From NCBI GenBank assembly GCA_963666425.2, contig OY762825.2, forward strand, positions 448,001-512,000: 64,000 nt of DNA, in the 5' to 3' direction. Numbering within the stretch: position 1 is the first letter of the stretch; each line of letters opens with the position of its first letter. Of the stretch, positions 1-10,195 are shown in pieces. The stretch comes from Bacillota bacterium. Its GTDB lineage: Bacteria > Bacillota > JAAYKD01. The position numbers were made by a program, and so were the translations under genes. Below the pieces are notes generated by a model. That model was not told the DNA's origin and did not search any database. It saw only the letters and a list, made by a program, of their open reading frames with translations.

Positions 1-1318
1 TTTTGAGTGCGGCCAGCGCCATCACCGCGGCGGCAGTCAATAAACCTTTTTGAGCAATTTGGCTGCCCGCTTGGGCGGTCATTTGCCAGGAATGCCCCAC
101 ATTGCCGATACAGGCGGTGGCAAGATTAAAATTGATGGTCGGCACCGCATAGGTCACATCGCCTACGTCGGTCGAACCGGAGGCATATTTACTGTTTTTG
201 CTGTCATAGGGATGGACGCTTGCGTCCAACGGTTTTGCCAGGATTTCCTCCAGATTTTCTTCGCCATATTCCTGGCTGATCGCTTCTTTAATCGAGTTTA
301 GCGTCGTTATGTTATAGCTCTCTAAAAAGGCTTTGGCCAGCTGATAATCCGAGGCATCCCATTTTGGCGCTCCTACTTCCTGCAGCGCTTCGTCCGCAAC
401 GGCAGCCAGAGCCGCATTGGGGATATAATCGGAAAATGCCATGGTAACTTCATATTCCATGCTGGTTTCCGTCATCAGGGCGGCTCCCTGCGCCACTTTC
501 ACCACACGCTCGAATAATTCTTTGACTTGTTTGACCTTAGGCGAACGCACTTCGTACTTGATCAGGCTTCTGTCCTGCACCACATTGGGCGAAACGCCGC
601 CTGCATCCACGTAGGCGTAATGAATCCTGGCCTGATCAATCATATGCTCGCGCAGATAGTTGACCCCCACGCTCATCAGTTCCGCGGCATCCAGCGCACT
701 TCTGCCCAACTGAGGCGAACCGCCGGCGTGGGAAGTCACACCTTTAAATTTGAAGTTGGCTCCCATGATGGCGACAGAGCGTGTGGACTGCACCTCGTTC
801 TTGCTGGCCGGGTGCCAGGTGTAGACAAAGTCAACCCCATCGAACACCCCTGCTCTGGCCATGAATTGCTTGGAACCGGCGCCCTCTTCGGCCGGACAGC
901 CAAAGAAATAAACCGTGCCGCTCTGCGGATGCGCGCTCAGGTATTGCTTAACCGCAATGGCCGCGCCCATTGCCGCGGCTCCCAGCGCATTGTGACCGCA
1001 GCCGTGTCCCGGATTGCCGACCACCAGCGAGCTGCGCTGCGGCTTGCCTGCTGCCTGACTCAAACCATCCAGCGCATCGTATTCACCGAGAAAACCGAAA
1101 ACCGGTTTGCCGCTGCCGAATTTTGCCGTGAAGGCCGTCGGCATGGCAGCCACTCCCCGCTCGATGCTAAACCCTTCGCTTGCCAAGACGTCGCTCAACA
1201 ATTTTGCCGATTGAAATTCGGCATAGGGCAGCTCGGCATATTGCCAGATCCGGTCGCTGACTCCTAAAATGAGATCACGCTTTTCTGCTAAGACCCGATT
1301 GATGAAATCTAATTGCAT
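1..1318 (-). CDS. abgB: M20 family amidohydrolase (p-aminobenzoyl-glutamate hydrolase subunit B-like), runs off the window edge
   Basis: Translated by hand because the ORF has no stop inside the window: MQLDFINRVLAEKRDLILGVSDRIWQYAELPYAEF..., with motifs GHGCGHNALG, GCPAEEGAGSK and GSTDVGDV. ATG at 1318 preceded by GGGGTGA RBS. Confidence 0.85.
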   Translation of the reverse strand, partial: MQLDFINRVLAEKRDLILGVSDRIWQYAELPYAEFQSAKLLSDVLASEGFSIERGVAAMPTAFTAKFGSGKPVFGFLGEYDALDGLSQAAGKPQRSSLVVGNPGHGCGHNALGAAAMGAAIAVKQYLSAHPQSGTVYFFGCPAEEGAGSKQFMARAGVFDGVDFVYTWHPASKNEVQSTRSVAIMGANFKFKGVTSHAGGSPQLGRSALDAAELMSVGVNYLREHMIDQARIHYAYVDAGGVSPNVVQDRSLIKYEVRSPKVKQVKELFERVVKVAQGAALMTETSMEYEVTMAFSDYIPNAALAAVADEALQEVGAPKWDASDYQLAKAFLESYNITTLNSIKEAISQEYGEENLEEILAKPLDASVHPYDSKNSKYASGSTDVGDVTYAVPTINFNLATACIGNVGHSWQMTAQAGSQIAQKGLLTAAAVMALAALK

Positions 1319-1338
1319 TTTACCCGTCACCCCGCTTG

Positions 1339-2079
1339 TTATTGTAAGATTTTGTTGAGAAATTCAATGGTTCTGGCCTGCTGCGGATTGCCAAACAGCT
1401 GCGCAGGCGTGCCTTGTTCCTGAATGATCCCATCCGCCATAAAGAGGACTCGGTCGCTCACTTCCTTTGCAAATCTGATTTCATGCGTCACGATGACGAT
1501 TGTCATACCGGACAGCGCCAAATCCCTGATCACATCCAAAACTTCTTTCACCATTTCCGGATCGAGTGCACTGGTGGGCTCGTCAAACAACATCACTTTG
1601 GGTTCCATGGCCAAGGCTCTGACAATAGCCAGTCTTTGCTTCTGACCGCCGGAGAGTTTAGTAGGATATTCGTCTTTCTTCTCCAATAATCCTACCCGTT
1701 CTAAAAGTTCACAGGCTCGCTGCTCCGCCGCCTGTTTTGTCATCTTCTTTACCAGGATTGGCGCCAGGCTAATATTCTGTAAAACAGTCAAATGCGGAAA
1801 AACATGAAAGAGCTGAAAAACCATACCGATTTTCTGTCGATGCTGATCCAGATTGGTATTTTTCTGCGTCAGATCGAAACCCTCAAAATAGACTTTGCCG
1901 GCGCTGACGCTTTCCAATAAGTTCAGACAGCGCAAGAAGGTGCTTTTACCGCCACCGGAGGGCCCGATGATCGAAACGACTTCCCCTTCGTAAATTGTCT
2001 CTGAGATATTTTGCAGCACACGCAATTTGCCAAACGATTTCGACAGATTTTCCACACGAATCAATGCGTTATCCTTCAT
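1339..2079 (-). CDS. Polar amino acid ABC transporter ATP-binding protein (GlnQ-like)
   Basis: Walker [10 protein letters not shown], signature LSGGQKQR, Walker [14 protein letters not shown]. Start taken at MKDNALI. Confidence 0.93.
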   Translation of the reverse strand: MKDNALIRVENLSKSFGKLRVLQNISETIYEGEVVSIIGPSGGGKSTFLRCLNLLESVSAGKVYFEGFDLTQKNTNLDQHRQKIGMVFQLFHVFPHLTVLQNISLAPILVKKMTKQAAEQRACELLERVGLLEKKDEYPTKLSGGQKQRLAIVRALAMEPKVMLFDEPTSALDPEMVKEVLDVIRDLALSGMTIVIVTHEIRFAKEVSDRVLFMADGIIQEQGTPAQLFGNPQQARTIEFLNKILQ

Positions 2080-2734
2080 CACAGCGCAAACTCCTTTCAT
2101 AGAACTGCAGCCCTCTGGCCAGAATGCTTGTCAGCAAAAAATAAATCACACCGGCAATCAGCAGGGAGGGAATCGCTAAAAAAGTCGCCGCCTGCACTGT
2201 TTTATAAGTGGTTGTCAGCTCCTGAATAAAAAACACCGAGGCCAGCGAGGTTTGTTTCACCATCGAGATATACTCATTGCCCAATGCCGGCAGAATGTTT
2301 TTAATCGCCTGCGGCAAGATGATCTGTTTCATCGTATGATAAGCCGAAAGTCCCAAACTTCTGGCGGCCTCAGCCTGACCCTGATCCACCGCCTGGATGC
2401 CGGCGCGGATCACCTCGGCGATATAAGCACTGGCGTTGACAATCAAGGCAATCACAATGCAGGCCGTATCACTGATCCGCACCGGCAGCAGCTTTGGCAG
2501 CACCAGCCAGAAAAAATAGAGCTGCAACAGAATGGGCGTGCCGCGGATCAGACTGATATAGACGGTTGTGAACGCATCCAGGACTTTTTGCTGTGATAAT
2601 TTCATCAGCGCAATCAAAGCACCCACGACGCTGGCCGCCGCTACGGTCACGGCAGCCAGCCAAATAGTACCCCATAACCCGTGGAGATAGACATAACCGT
2701 ATTTTTGCCAAAGCAGGATCACAGTTTGCAGCAT
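2069..2734 (-). CDS. Polar amino acid ABC transporter permease (HisM/GlnP family)
   Basis: RGTPILLQL motif, EAA loop [12 protein letters not shown], hydrophobic helices. Confidence 0.92.
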   Translation of the reverse strand: MLQTVILLWQKYGYVYLHGLWGTIWLAAVTVAAASVVGALIALMKLSQQKVLDAFTTVYISLIRGTPILLQLYFFWLVLPKLLPVRISDTACIVIALIVNASAYIAEVIRAGIQAVDQGQAEAARSLGLSAYHTMKQIILPQAIKNILPALGNEYISMVKQTSLASVFFIQELTTTYKTVQAATFLAIPSLLIAGVIYFLLTSILARGLQFYERSLRCDEG

Positions 2735-2762
2735 GGTTCGCACCCGCACTTTCTTATTTGGA

Positions 2763-3626
2763 TTATAAGCCTAATTTTTTGGCATACTCCGTATACTGCC
2801 GATACCATTCGTCGTATTGACCGGAGCTGACTACTTGATCGATGATCTGATTGATGCGATCGGCCAATTCCGTTTCACCCAAAGGCATGCCGATTCTGCT
2901 GCCATCCAATTCCGGATCAACAACAAAAGTGAAATTTTCAACAATCGCTAAGCCGCTGTCCGGATTAGCATCAATATACAATTGCGCCATGGCTTTCGAG
3001 ACAACACAGACATCCGCTTTTTGCTCCTGCACCATTAAAATCCCATCCGTAGTGGCGGAAACCCGCTTCAATTCTTTCAGCTTCGGGATTTGTTCGTTGG
3101 CAAAGACTTCCTGCAGCGAACCGCTTTGCACAACCACGGTGGCATTGGCCAAATCTTCGGCTGATTGAATTTTGTCCTGAGCCTCTTGCCTGATCAATAA
3201 GCCGTTGCCCGGGGTGTCTTTGGCAAAATAATAACCCTTAGACAACAACATGGCCGACGACCTGGCCGGCGTATAAGCCAAAGCTGAGATCGCCAAATCA
3301 TACTTCCCTTCGGTGATGCTGCTTAGAACAGCCGAGAATTCCAAGGGGATAATTCTCAGCTCCACCCCCAATTGCGCGGCGATATATTTGGCTAATTCGA
3401 TATCGCTGCCCACATATTTGTCGTTACCGCTTTTGCTGGGGTCGATAAATTCATTCGGCGCAAAATAAGGTTCTGTCACCACCTCCAGGTAACCCCGATC
3501 CAAAATTGCCTGTAAGCGATTCTGCGCTTTGGCGGCATTCGCCGCTGGTTTGGCGTTGCAGCCACCAATCAAAACCAGAACAACAGAAAGTACGACCACG
3601 AAAACCAATTTGAAACTCTTTTTCAT
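2763..3626 (-). CDS. Amino acid ABC transporter substrate-binding lipoprotein (SBP family 3)
   Basis: Start MKKSFK after GAAGGAGG RBS; lipobox-like IGGC; motifs YVGSDIELA, GKYDLAISAL and VQSGSLQE. Confidence 0.92.
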   Translation of the reverse strand: MKKSFKLVFVVVLSVVLVLIGGCNAKPAANAAKAQNRLQAILDRGYLEVVTEPYFAPNEFIDPSKSGNDKYVGSDIELAKYIAAQLGVELRIIPLEFSAVLSSITEGKYDLAISALAYTPARSSAMLLSKGYYFAKDTPGNGLLIRQEAQDKIQSAEDLANATVVVQSGSLQEVFANEQIPKLKELKRVSATTDGILMVQEQKADVCVVSKAMAQLYIDANPDSGLAIVENFTFVVDPELDGSRIGMPLGETELADRINQIIDQVVSSGQYDEWYRQYTEYAKKLGL

Positions 3627-3692
3627 TACAACTTCCTCCTTCATTTTTTGACAAAATCCAATTCTCGTAAAGCAGCATACTTTCTGTGGAGG

Positions 3693-3965
3693 ATAAAAAA
3701 AATCGCCCTCTAGCTTAACGCTAGAGGGCGAGAATATTTCATCACGTGGTTCCACCTCAATTTATTGATGCTTCGCAGCATCAACCTCAAAAAGTACTAA
3801 CATACTTCTGCACTATAACGGGTGCGAGTTCCCGGATCCAACTACTCCCAAAATGGTTTCATCGATCAGCTCAAAGACGTGTTCACAGCGGCTTATTTAT
3901 GTACTTTCACCAAACGTACACTCTCTGAAAAATAAAACCGCAGCTACTATTTCTTGTCACAGCTA
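3693..3965 (-). ncRNA. T-box riboswitch, specifier CAC (His)
   Basis: Minus strand shows Stem I with GA/K-turn, AGUA, AGAGA and GGUGAAA, then specifier loop GAA-CAC-G (3884-3878), T-box AATTGAGGTGGAACCACG (3762-3745), and terminator TCGCCCTCTAGC/GCTAGAGGGCGA + T8 (3731-3695). Confidence 0.9.
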
Positions 3966-3986
3966 TTCTCTGTTTATTAGTTGCAG

Positions 3987-4015
3987 ATCATAGCACGATG
4001 TTTTCGCTTTGTAAA
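3987..4015 (-). promoter_or_regulatory. sigma-A-type promoter of the T-box leader
   Basis: TTTACA-17 bp-TATGAT with TG extension, directly upstream of Stem I. Confidence 0.65.
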
Positions 4016-4075
4016 TACGCGGAGCCATTATTTTTAAATCATTTGCAATACGACAGAAAATAAAGAGCTTTGCTG

Positions 4076-4468
4076 TTAGGCATGCAGCAGCTGCAGGATG
4101 CGATACAGCTCGACCATCACCGTCTTAAGCAGAATGACCGCAGAAAGCAGATAAAATTCAAACTGCCAGACATTTTGTTTGCGGAAGATCAGGGCAGCAA
4201 TTGCAATGACAAAGCCAAGTGCACCCAAAACAGAAAGCACCGTCATCAGCCAACTGCCGGCCGGGATCAGTGCGGTAGCCGTACTGATATTGTCTTTCAT
4301 TCCGCTCATGATCGACATCAGCAAGCCCAGAAAGAATAAGCAGGCGACCAAAAGGCCCCAATGGCTGATATTGCCTCTTTTGGCGTAAACAATACAGAAA
4401 AAAACACCAAAGCCCAGAATTAAAACCGTTGAGATGATATTCGATAAATTTGAGAAATATAACTTCAT
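4076..4468 (-). CDS. Hypothetical membrane protein (about 4 TM helices)
   Basis: Start MKLYFS after a purine-rich RBS; four hydrophobic segments. Confidence 0.7.
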   Translation of the reverse strand: MKLYFSNLSNIISTVLILGFGVFFCIVYAKRGNISHWGLLVACLFFLGLLMSIMSGMKDNISTATALIPAGSWLMTVLSVLGALGFVIAIAALIFRKQNVWQFEFYLLSAVILLKTVMVELYRILQLLHA

Positions 4469-4548
4469 TTTTTCTTTCTCCTTCTCTTTTTTCGCTTTCG
4501 CTTTTCTCACAACTCTACTTTTTGCAGGGCTGAGCAAAGCTTGCTTGC

Positions 4549-4776
4549 TTACTGGATTCTCTTGAGAGAAACCAAAATCAGGTTCATGTCCCTAATTCGG
4601 TTTAGGAGGGAAAATAGCATCGCCTGATCCGCCAACACGCCCACCATCTGTGTCTCACCCTCCGGCAGATAATGAAATTCCATTTCGGCAAAGTCCCTTA
4701 ACCGTTTTTGATCAATCTGGCTCTCGACCACAATTTCGTAATAATCCATTTCTCTATGCCGGTCAGCACGTTTCAC
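4549..4776 (-). CDS. Small conserved protein of the type found next to MalT-like LuxR regulators
   Basis: YEIVV...DQAMLFSLLNRIRDMNLILVSL pattern; GGAGG RBS before GTG. Confidence 0.7.
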   Translation of the reverse strand: MKRADRHREMDYYEIVVESQIDQKRLRDFAEMEFHYLPEGETQMVGVLADQAMLFSLLNRIRDMNLILVSLKRIQ

Positions 4777-4898
4777 CTCCCTGATCTGTTTTTTCGAACA
4801 TGAATATTGACAACCTATTTATACCGCATTCGACGTTTCATTTCGCCATAGAAAATGACTGTTTTGACCAAAAAAGAAAACCCACAGAAATCTGTGGG

Positions 4899-7565
4899 TT
4901 AAAGCAGGCTGAGTTGGTTGGCTTTCAGAACCGCCTGTGTTCTGTTTTTTACGCCAAGTTTGGCATAAATATGAGAAATATGCCACTGGGTTGTATTTTC
5001 TGAAATGTAGAGAGTTTTTGCGATCGCGGAATTAGACAATCCGGCTGCAATCAGGCTCAATATTTCCAGTTCTCTTTTGCTTAATGGCTCCGTATCCGCC
5101 AGCATGGCCTGCTGCAAGGCAGAAACCGGCTGATTGATGCGCACCGGAGTCTTGGCGGTGAATTTCGAAATTCCCAGGAATTCCTGTAATCTTCGGCTTT
5201 GCGGCGCTCGTTCTTTCTGCAGAGAGCAAAGCAGTTGCTGCAGCAGCTCCTCATCCTCCAGAAACAGCCGCCGATACCCTTGCGGTTTTGCTAACTGCAG
5301 GGCTTTCTCCAGATATTCGCCGGCTTTTTTATCGTCCCGCACCAACCCATAGGCCTCAGCAGATAAAATCGCGGCCGCCAGCCTCACTTTAAATTTCTTG
5401 TTTTGCAGGGGGTCGTTTTCCAAACCGGCCAGCAATCTGCAGGCTTGCTCTGCCTCTTTTAGATAAAGCAGGAATCTGACATAAGCCAGGGAGACTTCTG
5501 CCACTGCCGGCTCCGCCGTGGATTCCGTTTGGATTTTCAATTTCAGTGCTAACGTCTGGGCTGCTTCCACCCTGCCGGCCTGCAGCAGCAGCTCGGTTAA
5601 CACCGCTCTGATTTGACCCTGCAGCAAAGTCCTGTTTTCCCGCTCGGCAGCCAACAAAGCGGCTTCCATCTGCTGTATTGCTGTTTCTCTTTCTCCGGTG
5701 GCAAAACGAATCCGGCTCAGTATGATTTCGGTCGAAGGTGTCCAGCCATAAGAGATACTGCGGCATAATTCCATCCCTCTTGTCATACAGTCTTTTGCCT
5801 GCTCCAGCTCATTGCGCTCATAGTACAACTCCGCTAAGCTGAGATCAATCACACCAATGTAGGGAAGCAATTTTCCGAATTGCTGCTGCATTTTTTCGAT
5901 GTAAGTTGCATACAATGCAATGGCATCGCTGCATCGGCCCAGATCATTCAGGCAGGCTCCCAGGTATTTTAAGGACAGCGTGGTGATGAAACTGCAGCCC
6001 AGCTGTAAAGCTTCCTGATAGGCCATTTGAAAGGTCTGGTAGGCTTCTTCGGCGCTGCCCCGCAGCTCCTGCGCCCAGCCAAGCGTGTTTAAAGTGGAAA
6101 TTCTAGCCATCGGATCCCATGGTTCCAGGAATTGCAGTGCTTGACCAGCCATCGCTTCCGGATCACCATAACCGCCTTGCTGCGCGATAATCGCCTTCAG
6201 GCTTAACAGCAACCCGATATTGTGCGGTGCTGCCGTTGGCATATAATCTTCTTCCAGGCTGTGCAAATAGGCAATCGTCTCGGCTTTCCTGCCAATTAAG
6301 TAGAGCGCCCAAGCTTTGCGCACAGCCAGAATTTCACTTGCCCGGATCCGGTTTTCCGGCAGGGCGCTGATCCAGCTGACAAGGGTTGTCAGCTGAGCAT
6401 TTTGAAAAGCTTCTTCGGTGCTGTCTTCAATCAAGCGGACAGTATAAGCAGGATCACCCGCTTTCAGGGCATGCTTCACTGCCTCCTGATGATAGCCGTG
6501 CGCCCAGAACCACTCTGCTGCCTTTTTCTGCAGCTCTTGTTCCTGCTTTTCGGTGAGCTCCGCTCGCAGAGAATCCGCAAACAGATGATGATAGCGATAC
6601 CACTCTTTGGCTGCATCCAGCGGAATCAGGAACAGGTTGGCCTTCTCCAGATCACGCAGCAGCTGTTTGCTGTTGTTGGTTCCCAGGATAAAATCGCATA
6701 AAGCACCGTTCATTCTGTCCAGAATTGCGGTTTTACATAAAAAATCTCTGATGGATGCCGTTTGACGATTGATGACTTCTTCCACCAAATAGTCGATGAT
6801 ATACCGATGCGTATGGGTGAGCAGATCGATAAATTCTTCTACATCCCACTCTGCCGCACCGGACAGCGACAAACCAACCAGCTGCAGACCGGCTGCCCAG
6901 CCTTCCGTCCGACTTGCCACTGCGCTGACTGCCGATTTGCTCAGCTGCAATCCCATGACGTCCTGGAGAAAGCGCTCCGACTCTTCGGCGGTAAAACACA
7001 AATCCTGCAGCCTAATCTCTGTAATTTCCTGCTGCACTCTTAAATTGGCGAGCGGTAGATGGGGATCTTCTCTGCTGATGATCACCAAATGAAAATTCGG
7101 CGGCTGATGCTCTAAAAGAAAGCGAACCGCAGCATGAACCGGTTCGGAATGAATCAAATGAAAATCATCCAGAACCAATATGATTTTCTCGGGTGAAACG
7201 GCAATCTCATTGATGAGCAGAGTCATGGCAGTTTGTACAGAAGCGAAGTTCGCATCAAAGAGCATTGCTTCCGTATCTGCGCCGATCGCCAAGCCGGCCT
7301 TTTTCAGAGCGGCAAGACAATAAGACAAAAACTGCGGAAAATCGTTATCGTTGGCATCGAGTGAAATCCAGGCGGATTTGCAGGGCAGTACTTTAAGCAG
7401 GCTAAGAACAAGGCTGGTCTTGCCATATCCGGCCGGTGCGGAAACCAAGGTCAGCTTCTGATTTCGTCTGACCCCGCCAGCCATCTTTTCAATCAGATTT
7501 GTTCGCTCGATGCGGCTTCCGCGCAGTTCCGGCATATATAACTTGGTTGACAGTATCGCTGCCAA
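4899..7565 (-). CDS. MalT-like LuxR-family regulator (STAND ATPase, TPR, LuxR HTH)
   Basis: ILSTKL N-terminus, Walker A APAGYGKT, LVLDDFH, TEGWAAGLQL, YRYHHLF, and C-terminal LSKRELEIL...IYAKLGVKNRTQAV. TTG start with GGAGGTGG RBS. Confidence 0.92.
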   Translation of the reverse strand: MAAILSTKLYMPELRGSRIERTNLIEKMAGGVRRNQKLTLVSAPAGYGKTSLVLSLLKVLPCKSAWISLDANDNDFPQFLSYCLAALKKAGLAIGADTEAMLFDANFASVQTAMTLLINEIAVSPEKIILVLDDFHLIHSEPVHAAVRFLLEHQPPNFHLVIISREDPHLPLANLRVQQEITEIRLQDLCFTAEESERFLQDVMGLQLSKSAVSAVASRTEGWAAGLQLVGLSLSGAAEWDVEEFIDLLTHTHRYIIDYLVEEVINRQTASIRDFLCKTAILDRMNGALCDFILGTNNSKQLLRDLEKANLFLIPLDAAKEWYRYHHLFADSLRAELTEKQEQELQKKAAEWFWAHGYHQEAVKHALKAGDPAYTVRLIEDSTEEAFQNAQLTTLVSWISALPENRIRASEILAVRKAWALYLIGRKAETIAYLHSLEEDYMPTAAPHNIGLLLSLKAIIAQQGGYGDPEAMAGQALQFLEPWDPMARISTLNTLGWAQELRGSAEEAYQTFQMAYQEALQLGCSFITTLSLKYLGACLNDLGRCSDAIALYATYIEKMQQQFGKLLPYIGVIDLSLAELYYERNELEQAKDCMTRGMELCRSISYGWTPSTEIILSRIRFATGERETAIQQMEAALLAAERENRTLLQGQIRAVLTELLLQAGRVEAAQTLALKLKIQTESTAEPAVAEVSLAYVRFLLYLKEAEQACRLLAGLENDPLQNKKFKVRLAAAILSAEAYGLVRDDKKAGEYLEKALQLAKPQGYRRLFLEDEELLQQLLCSLQKERAPQSRRLQEFLGISKFTAKTPVRINQPVSALQQAMLADTEPLSKRELEILSLIAAGLSNSAIAKTLYISENTTQWHISHIYAKLGVKNRTQAVLKANQLSLL

Positions 7566-7886
7566 AACAGTCCCACCTCCCGAAAAATCTTCCGGATTGA
7601 TTCTCTTCTATTTCTCATATATTTCGTATTAACCCCTGAAAATTCCTCTTGCTGTAACCTCAAAATCGCTGATGAAAAAAATAAAAGGAGCCACGAAGTT
7701 CAACCTCGTTGCTGTAGTAGTTGCAGTAAGCAAATACAGTCGTAAGAAGGAAGAACTACCTGGCTCCGGAACGATTTTGGTAGTATGCGGCTGAAATCAG
7801 CCTTTGTTTTAGCGAACGCAGCCCGCGGTCTCCCCTGCTGCTTCGTTAAGCATCTTGGGTTTGTTCCTGCGCATCTGGGTGAAAAA

Positions 7887-8530
7887 CTAGCTCTCTTTGA
7901 CGGGTTCCTTTCCGGCAGAAAGACCGGCCAGGTAGCCAAACGTCATCGCCGGACCGATGGTGCTGCCCGCTCCCCAATAGGCATTGGCAGTGGGAGAAGC
8001 GATACAGTTGCCGACGCCATAAAGGCCTGAAATTGGGTTGCTATGCACATCCAACACCTGGGCGTGATCATTGATGATGGGTCCGCCATTTGTATCCAGC
8101 GTTCCCGCTGCCAGAATGACCGCATAGTAGGGGCCTTCTGTACTCAGCGGATACATCGTATAGTTTTTACTGTCTTTGGGCGGCCACTCCGCACCGGGGC
8201 TGTGGGCGGAAAGGTTGTCCACTCCCGGTCATAATTGAACTCACCGCGGCTGAACTCTTCATCCTTACCCTTTTCAGCAAATTCATTGAAACTGACGATC
8301 GTCTTCTTCAAATCCGCCAAAAACTCCGACGCTATACTAAAACCGGCAATCTTTTCGGACAATTTGCCTAAGCGCTGCGATAAGGCTTGCGTCAGTTCAT
8401 CCAAGCTTTGCCCGCTGATGATGTAAGAGAGCAGCGTATCGCTTTGCGGTGGATAAGGTGGGAAACCCTGCCACAATTGCGCCGTTCTCCGATCGTAAAT
8501 CAGAAAAACAAGCATGTTTGTCCATTTTTC
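7887..8530 (-). pseudogene. C-terminal remnant of an FAD-binding oxidoreductase (3-ketosteroid dehydrogenase / fumarate reductase flavoprotein family)
   Basis: Motifs [17 protein letters not shown] and [19 protein letters not shown]. The N-terminal FAD domain is absent (the GNAT gene ends at 8534), and there is a single-base frameshift in the GGGG run at 8196-8199. Confidence 0.75.
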
Positions 8531-8533
8531 GCT

Positions 8534-9013
8534 TTATTCAGAAACTGATTTTTTCTGATAAACATACTTCAGTTCTTTCAGATTTTTCAGCTCGGACAGG
8601 ACTCTTTCTTCGCCGGTGGCAACGAAACCATATTTCTCATAGATTTCCTTTGCTCTCGTATTGAGATTGAGCACCGTCAGAAACGGTGTGGTGTGCTTTT
8701 GCATTTCGGGTACGGCAAAATCCAGCATTTGTCGCCCATAGCCTTTTCCCCAGTGACCGGGCTGCACATAAAGCAAGCCGATTTCACCGGTGGTGAAATT
8801 CAAGCCAACCATCCCGACTGCTGTCTGCTGATCAAAGCAAAGAAAAAGCTTCCAGCCATCCTTTTGCGCCTCCCTCAAAGCCTCGACCTGCCTTGCCGGT
8901 GTGTGCTTTTCTAAAGTGGCCTCCGAAACAAAACTTTGGTGCGAGGATTGCCATGACGCTGCATATATTTTCCCAGCTTCAGCAATGGTCTGTTCGTTCA
9001 TTTTTTGAATCAA
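8534..9013 (-). CDS. GNAT family N-acetyltransferase
   Basis: Motif A LYVQPGHWGKGYGRQML and motif B NTRAKEIYEKYGF. Confidence 0.9.
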   Translation of the reverse strand: MIQKMNEQTIAEAGKIYAASWQSSHQSFVSEATLEKHTPARQVEALREAQKDGWKLFLCFDQQTAVGMVGLNFTTGEIGLLYVQPGHWGKGYGRQMLDFAVPEMQKHTTPFLTVLNLNTRAKEIYEKYGFVATGEERVLSELKNLKELKYVYQKKSVSE

Positions 9014-9095
9014 ATCATCATAACCTTTCTTTGATGCTCTCTCAGCCTGAATTTTCGAATAGATAATTCATTCGCTTCCAAAGCACAAAAACCTT

Positions 9096-9157
9096 TGTGC
9101 CAGGGGGACGGGGGTGTTGGCACAGGCTTGTGCCAACACCCCCGTCCCCCTGGCACA
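9096..9157. repeat. Inverted doublet of the 29-bp palindromic element A (TGTGCCAA-CACCCCCGTCCCC-YTGGCACA)
   Basis: Copies at 9096-9124 (-) and 9129-9157 (+) with a 4-bp spacer, ending 7 bp from the AraC stop. Confidence 0.9.
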
Positions 9158-9164
9158 TCGATCT

Positions 9165-10058
9165 TTAACTTCGCTGATTGTTTCCAGCTTTCTTGACCGG
9201 ATGCAATTCAATATAACCTCTGGTCCCAATTGGTTCCAACTGAATCCGCGGATTGCGCTCATCCCAAGCATAACCGATTATAGTTGGGTCGTATTTGCGA
9301 ATTGCCTGCCAAACCTCCTGGATTGCTTGTTCATATTCCTCTTCAGCAAACGGCTCACCCTGAAACATCAGATACTGCGCAGCCGGCAGTTCGATAACAT
9401 CAAACGTTTCGGGGATGACCCCGTCATAATCCAAAGCCACTTCCACTCCCTGCACGTATTCTGACGTATTCGGTTTGATATAAGCCGCTGGTAGCCACAG
9501 ACAAACCGGTTCACCGCTGATCGACTTGATACTGGTCAGCAATCCCCAAATATCACAGCCAACCTCCTCACAATAAGAGAAATATTCGCTCGCCTTGATC
9601 CCCCGTTTTAAAAGAACTTTCCTGGCCGGTTTCTCGATTAGTTGGACAAAGACTGTTTTTACGTGTTCCATCTGTTTCTCCTTCCGCGTATTTTTCGTAC
9701 GAATTCTGTAAGGGGTAAAAAGATAGAGGGGAAGCGGCGATTTAGCATACTCCTTGGGATTACAGCCAAATTCGCGCCAAAACGCACGCTGATAACCGTC
9801 AACACTGCCAAACCCGTTTTCTAAAGCCACATCAATCACTTTGCGCCGCTCATCCCGCAACTGAAGTGCCGATTTAGACAAACGCAGACGCCTGATGTAA
9901 TCGGCAGGCGTGCAGTTCAGCAATTGCGAAAACAATCGGTGCGCATGCCAGGGCGAGAAGTGAGACACCTTAGCCAAATCGGCCAGTGTAATGTTCTCCA
10001 ACAAGTGCTCATCAATATAATCCTGCATTTTTTGAACAGCGTTAATTTGTTCCTCCAT
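9165..10058 (-). CDS. AraC family regulator with C-terminal effector-binding (GyrI-like) domain
   Basis: N-terminal double HTH (YIDEHL...FSPWHAHRLF...GFGSVDGYQRAF); GGAGGTGG RBS. Confidence 0.9.
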   Translation of the reverse strand: MEEQINAVQKMQDYIDEHLLENITLADLAKVSHFSPWHAHRLFSQLLNCTPADYIRRLRLSKSALQLRDERRKVIDVALENGFGSVDGYQRAFWREFGCNPKEYAKSPLPLYLFTPYRIRTKNTRKEKQMEHVKTVFVQLIEKPARKVLLKRGIKASEYFSYCEEVGCDIWGLLTSIKSISGEPVCLWLPAAYIKPNTSEYVQGVEVALDYDGVIPETFDVIELPAAQYLMFQGEPFAEEEYEQAIQEVWQAIRKYDPTIIGYAWDERNPRIQLEPIGTRGYIELHPVKKAGNNQRS

Positions 10059-10130
10059 TTTCCCACCTCCTTACATCCACGATTATAAAGCAGAAAAAAG
10101 AAATCTTCTCGACTATTCTTGCTCAATCCA

Positions 10131-10192
10131 TGTGCCAGGGGGACGGGGGTGTTGGCACACGCTTGTGCCAACACCCCCGTCCCCCTGGCACA
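10131..10192. repeat. Inverted doublet of element A
   Basis: Copies at 10131-10159 (-) and 10164-10192 (+), ending 3 bp from the stop at 10196. Confidence 0.9.
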
Positions 10193-10195
10193 AGT

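Noticed and set aside
527-1267. 246-aa plus-strand ORF
   Set aside because: Antisense shadow of the AbgB-like gene, which has clear motifs on the minus strand.
4877-4900. Palindrome AACCCACAGA-AA-TCTGTGGGTT at the end of the MalT-like gene as a LuxR box
   Set aside because: Single occurrence, equally explained as a terminator hairpin with a T tract on the minus strand.
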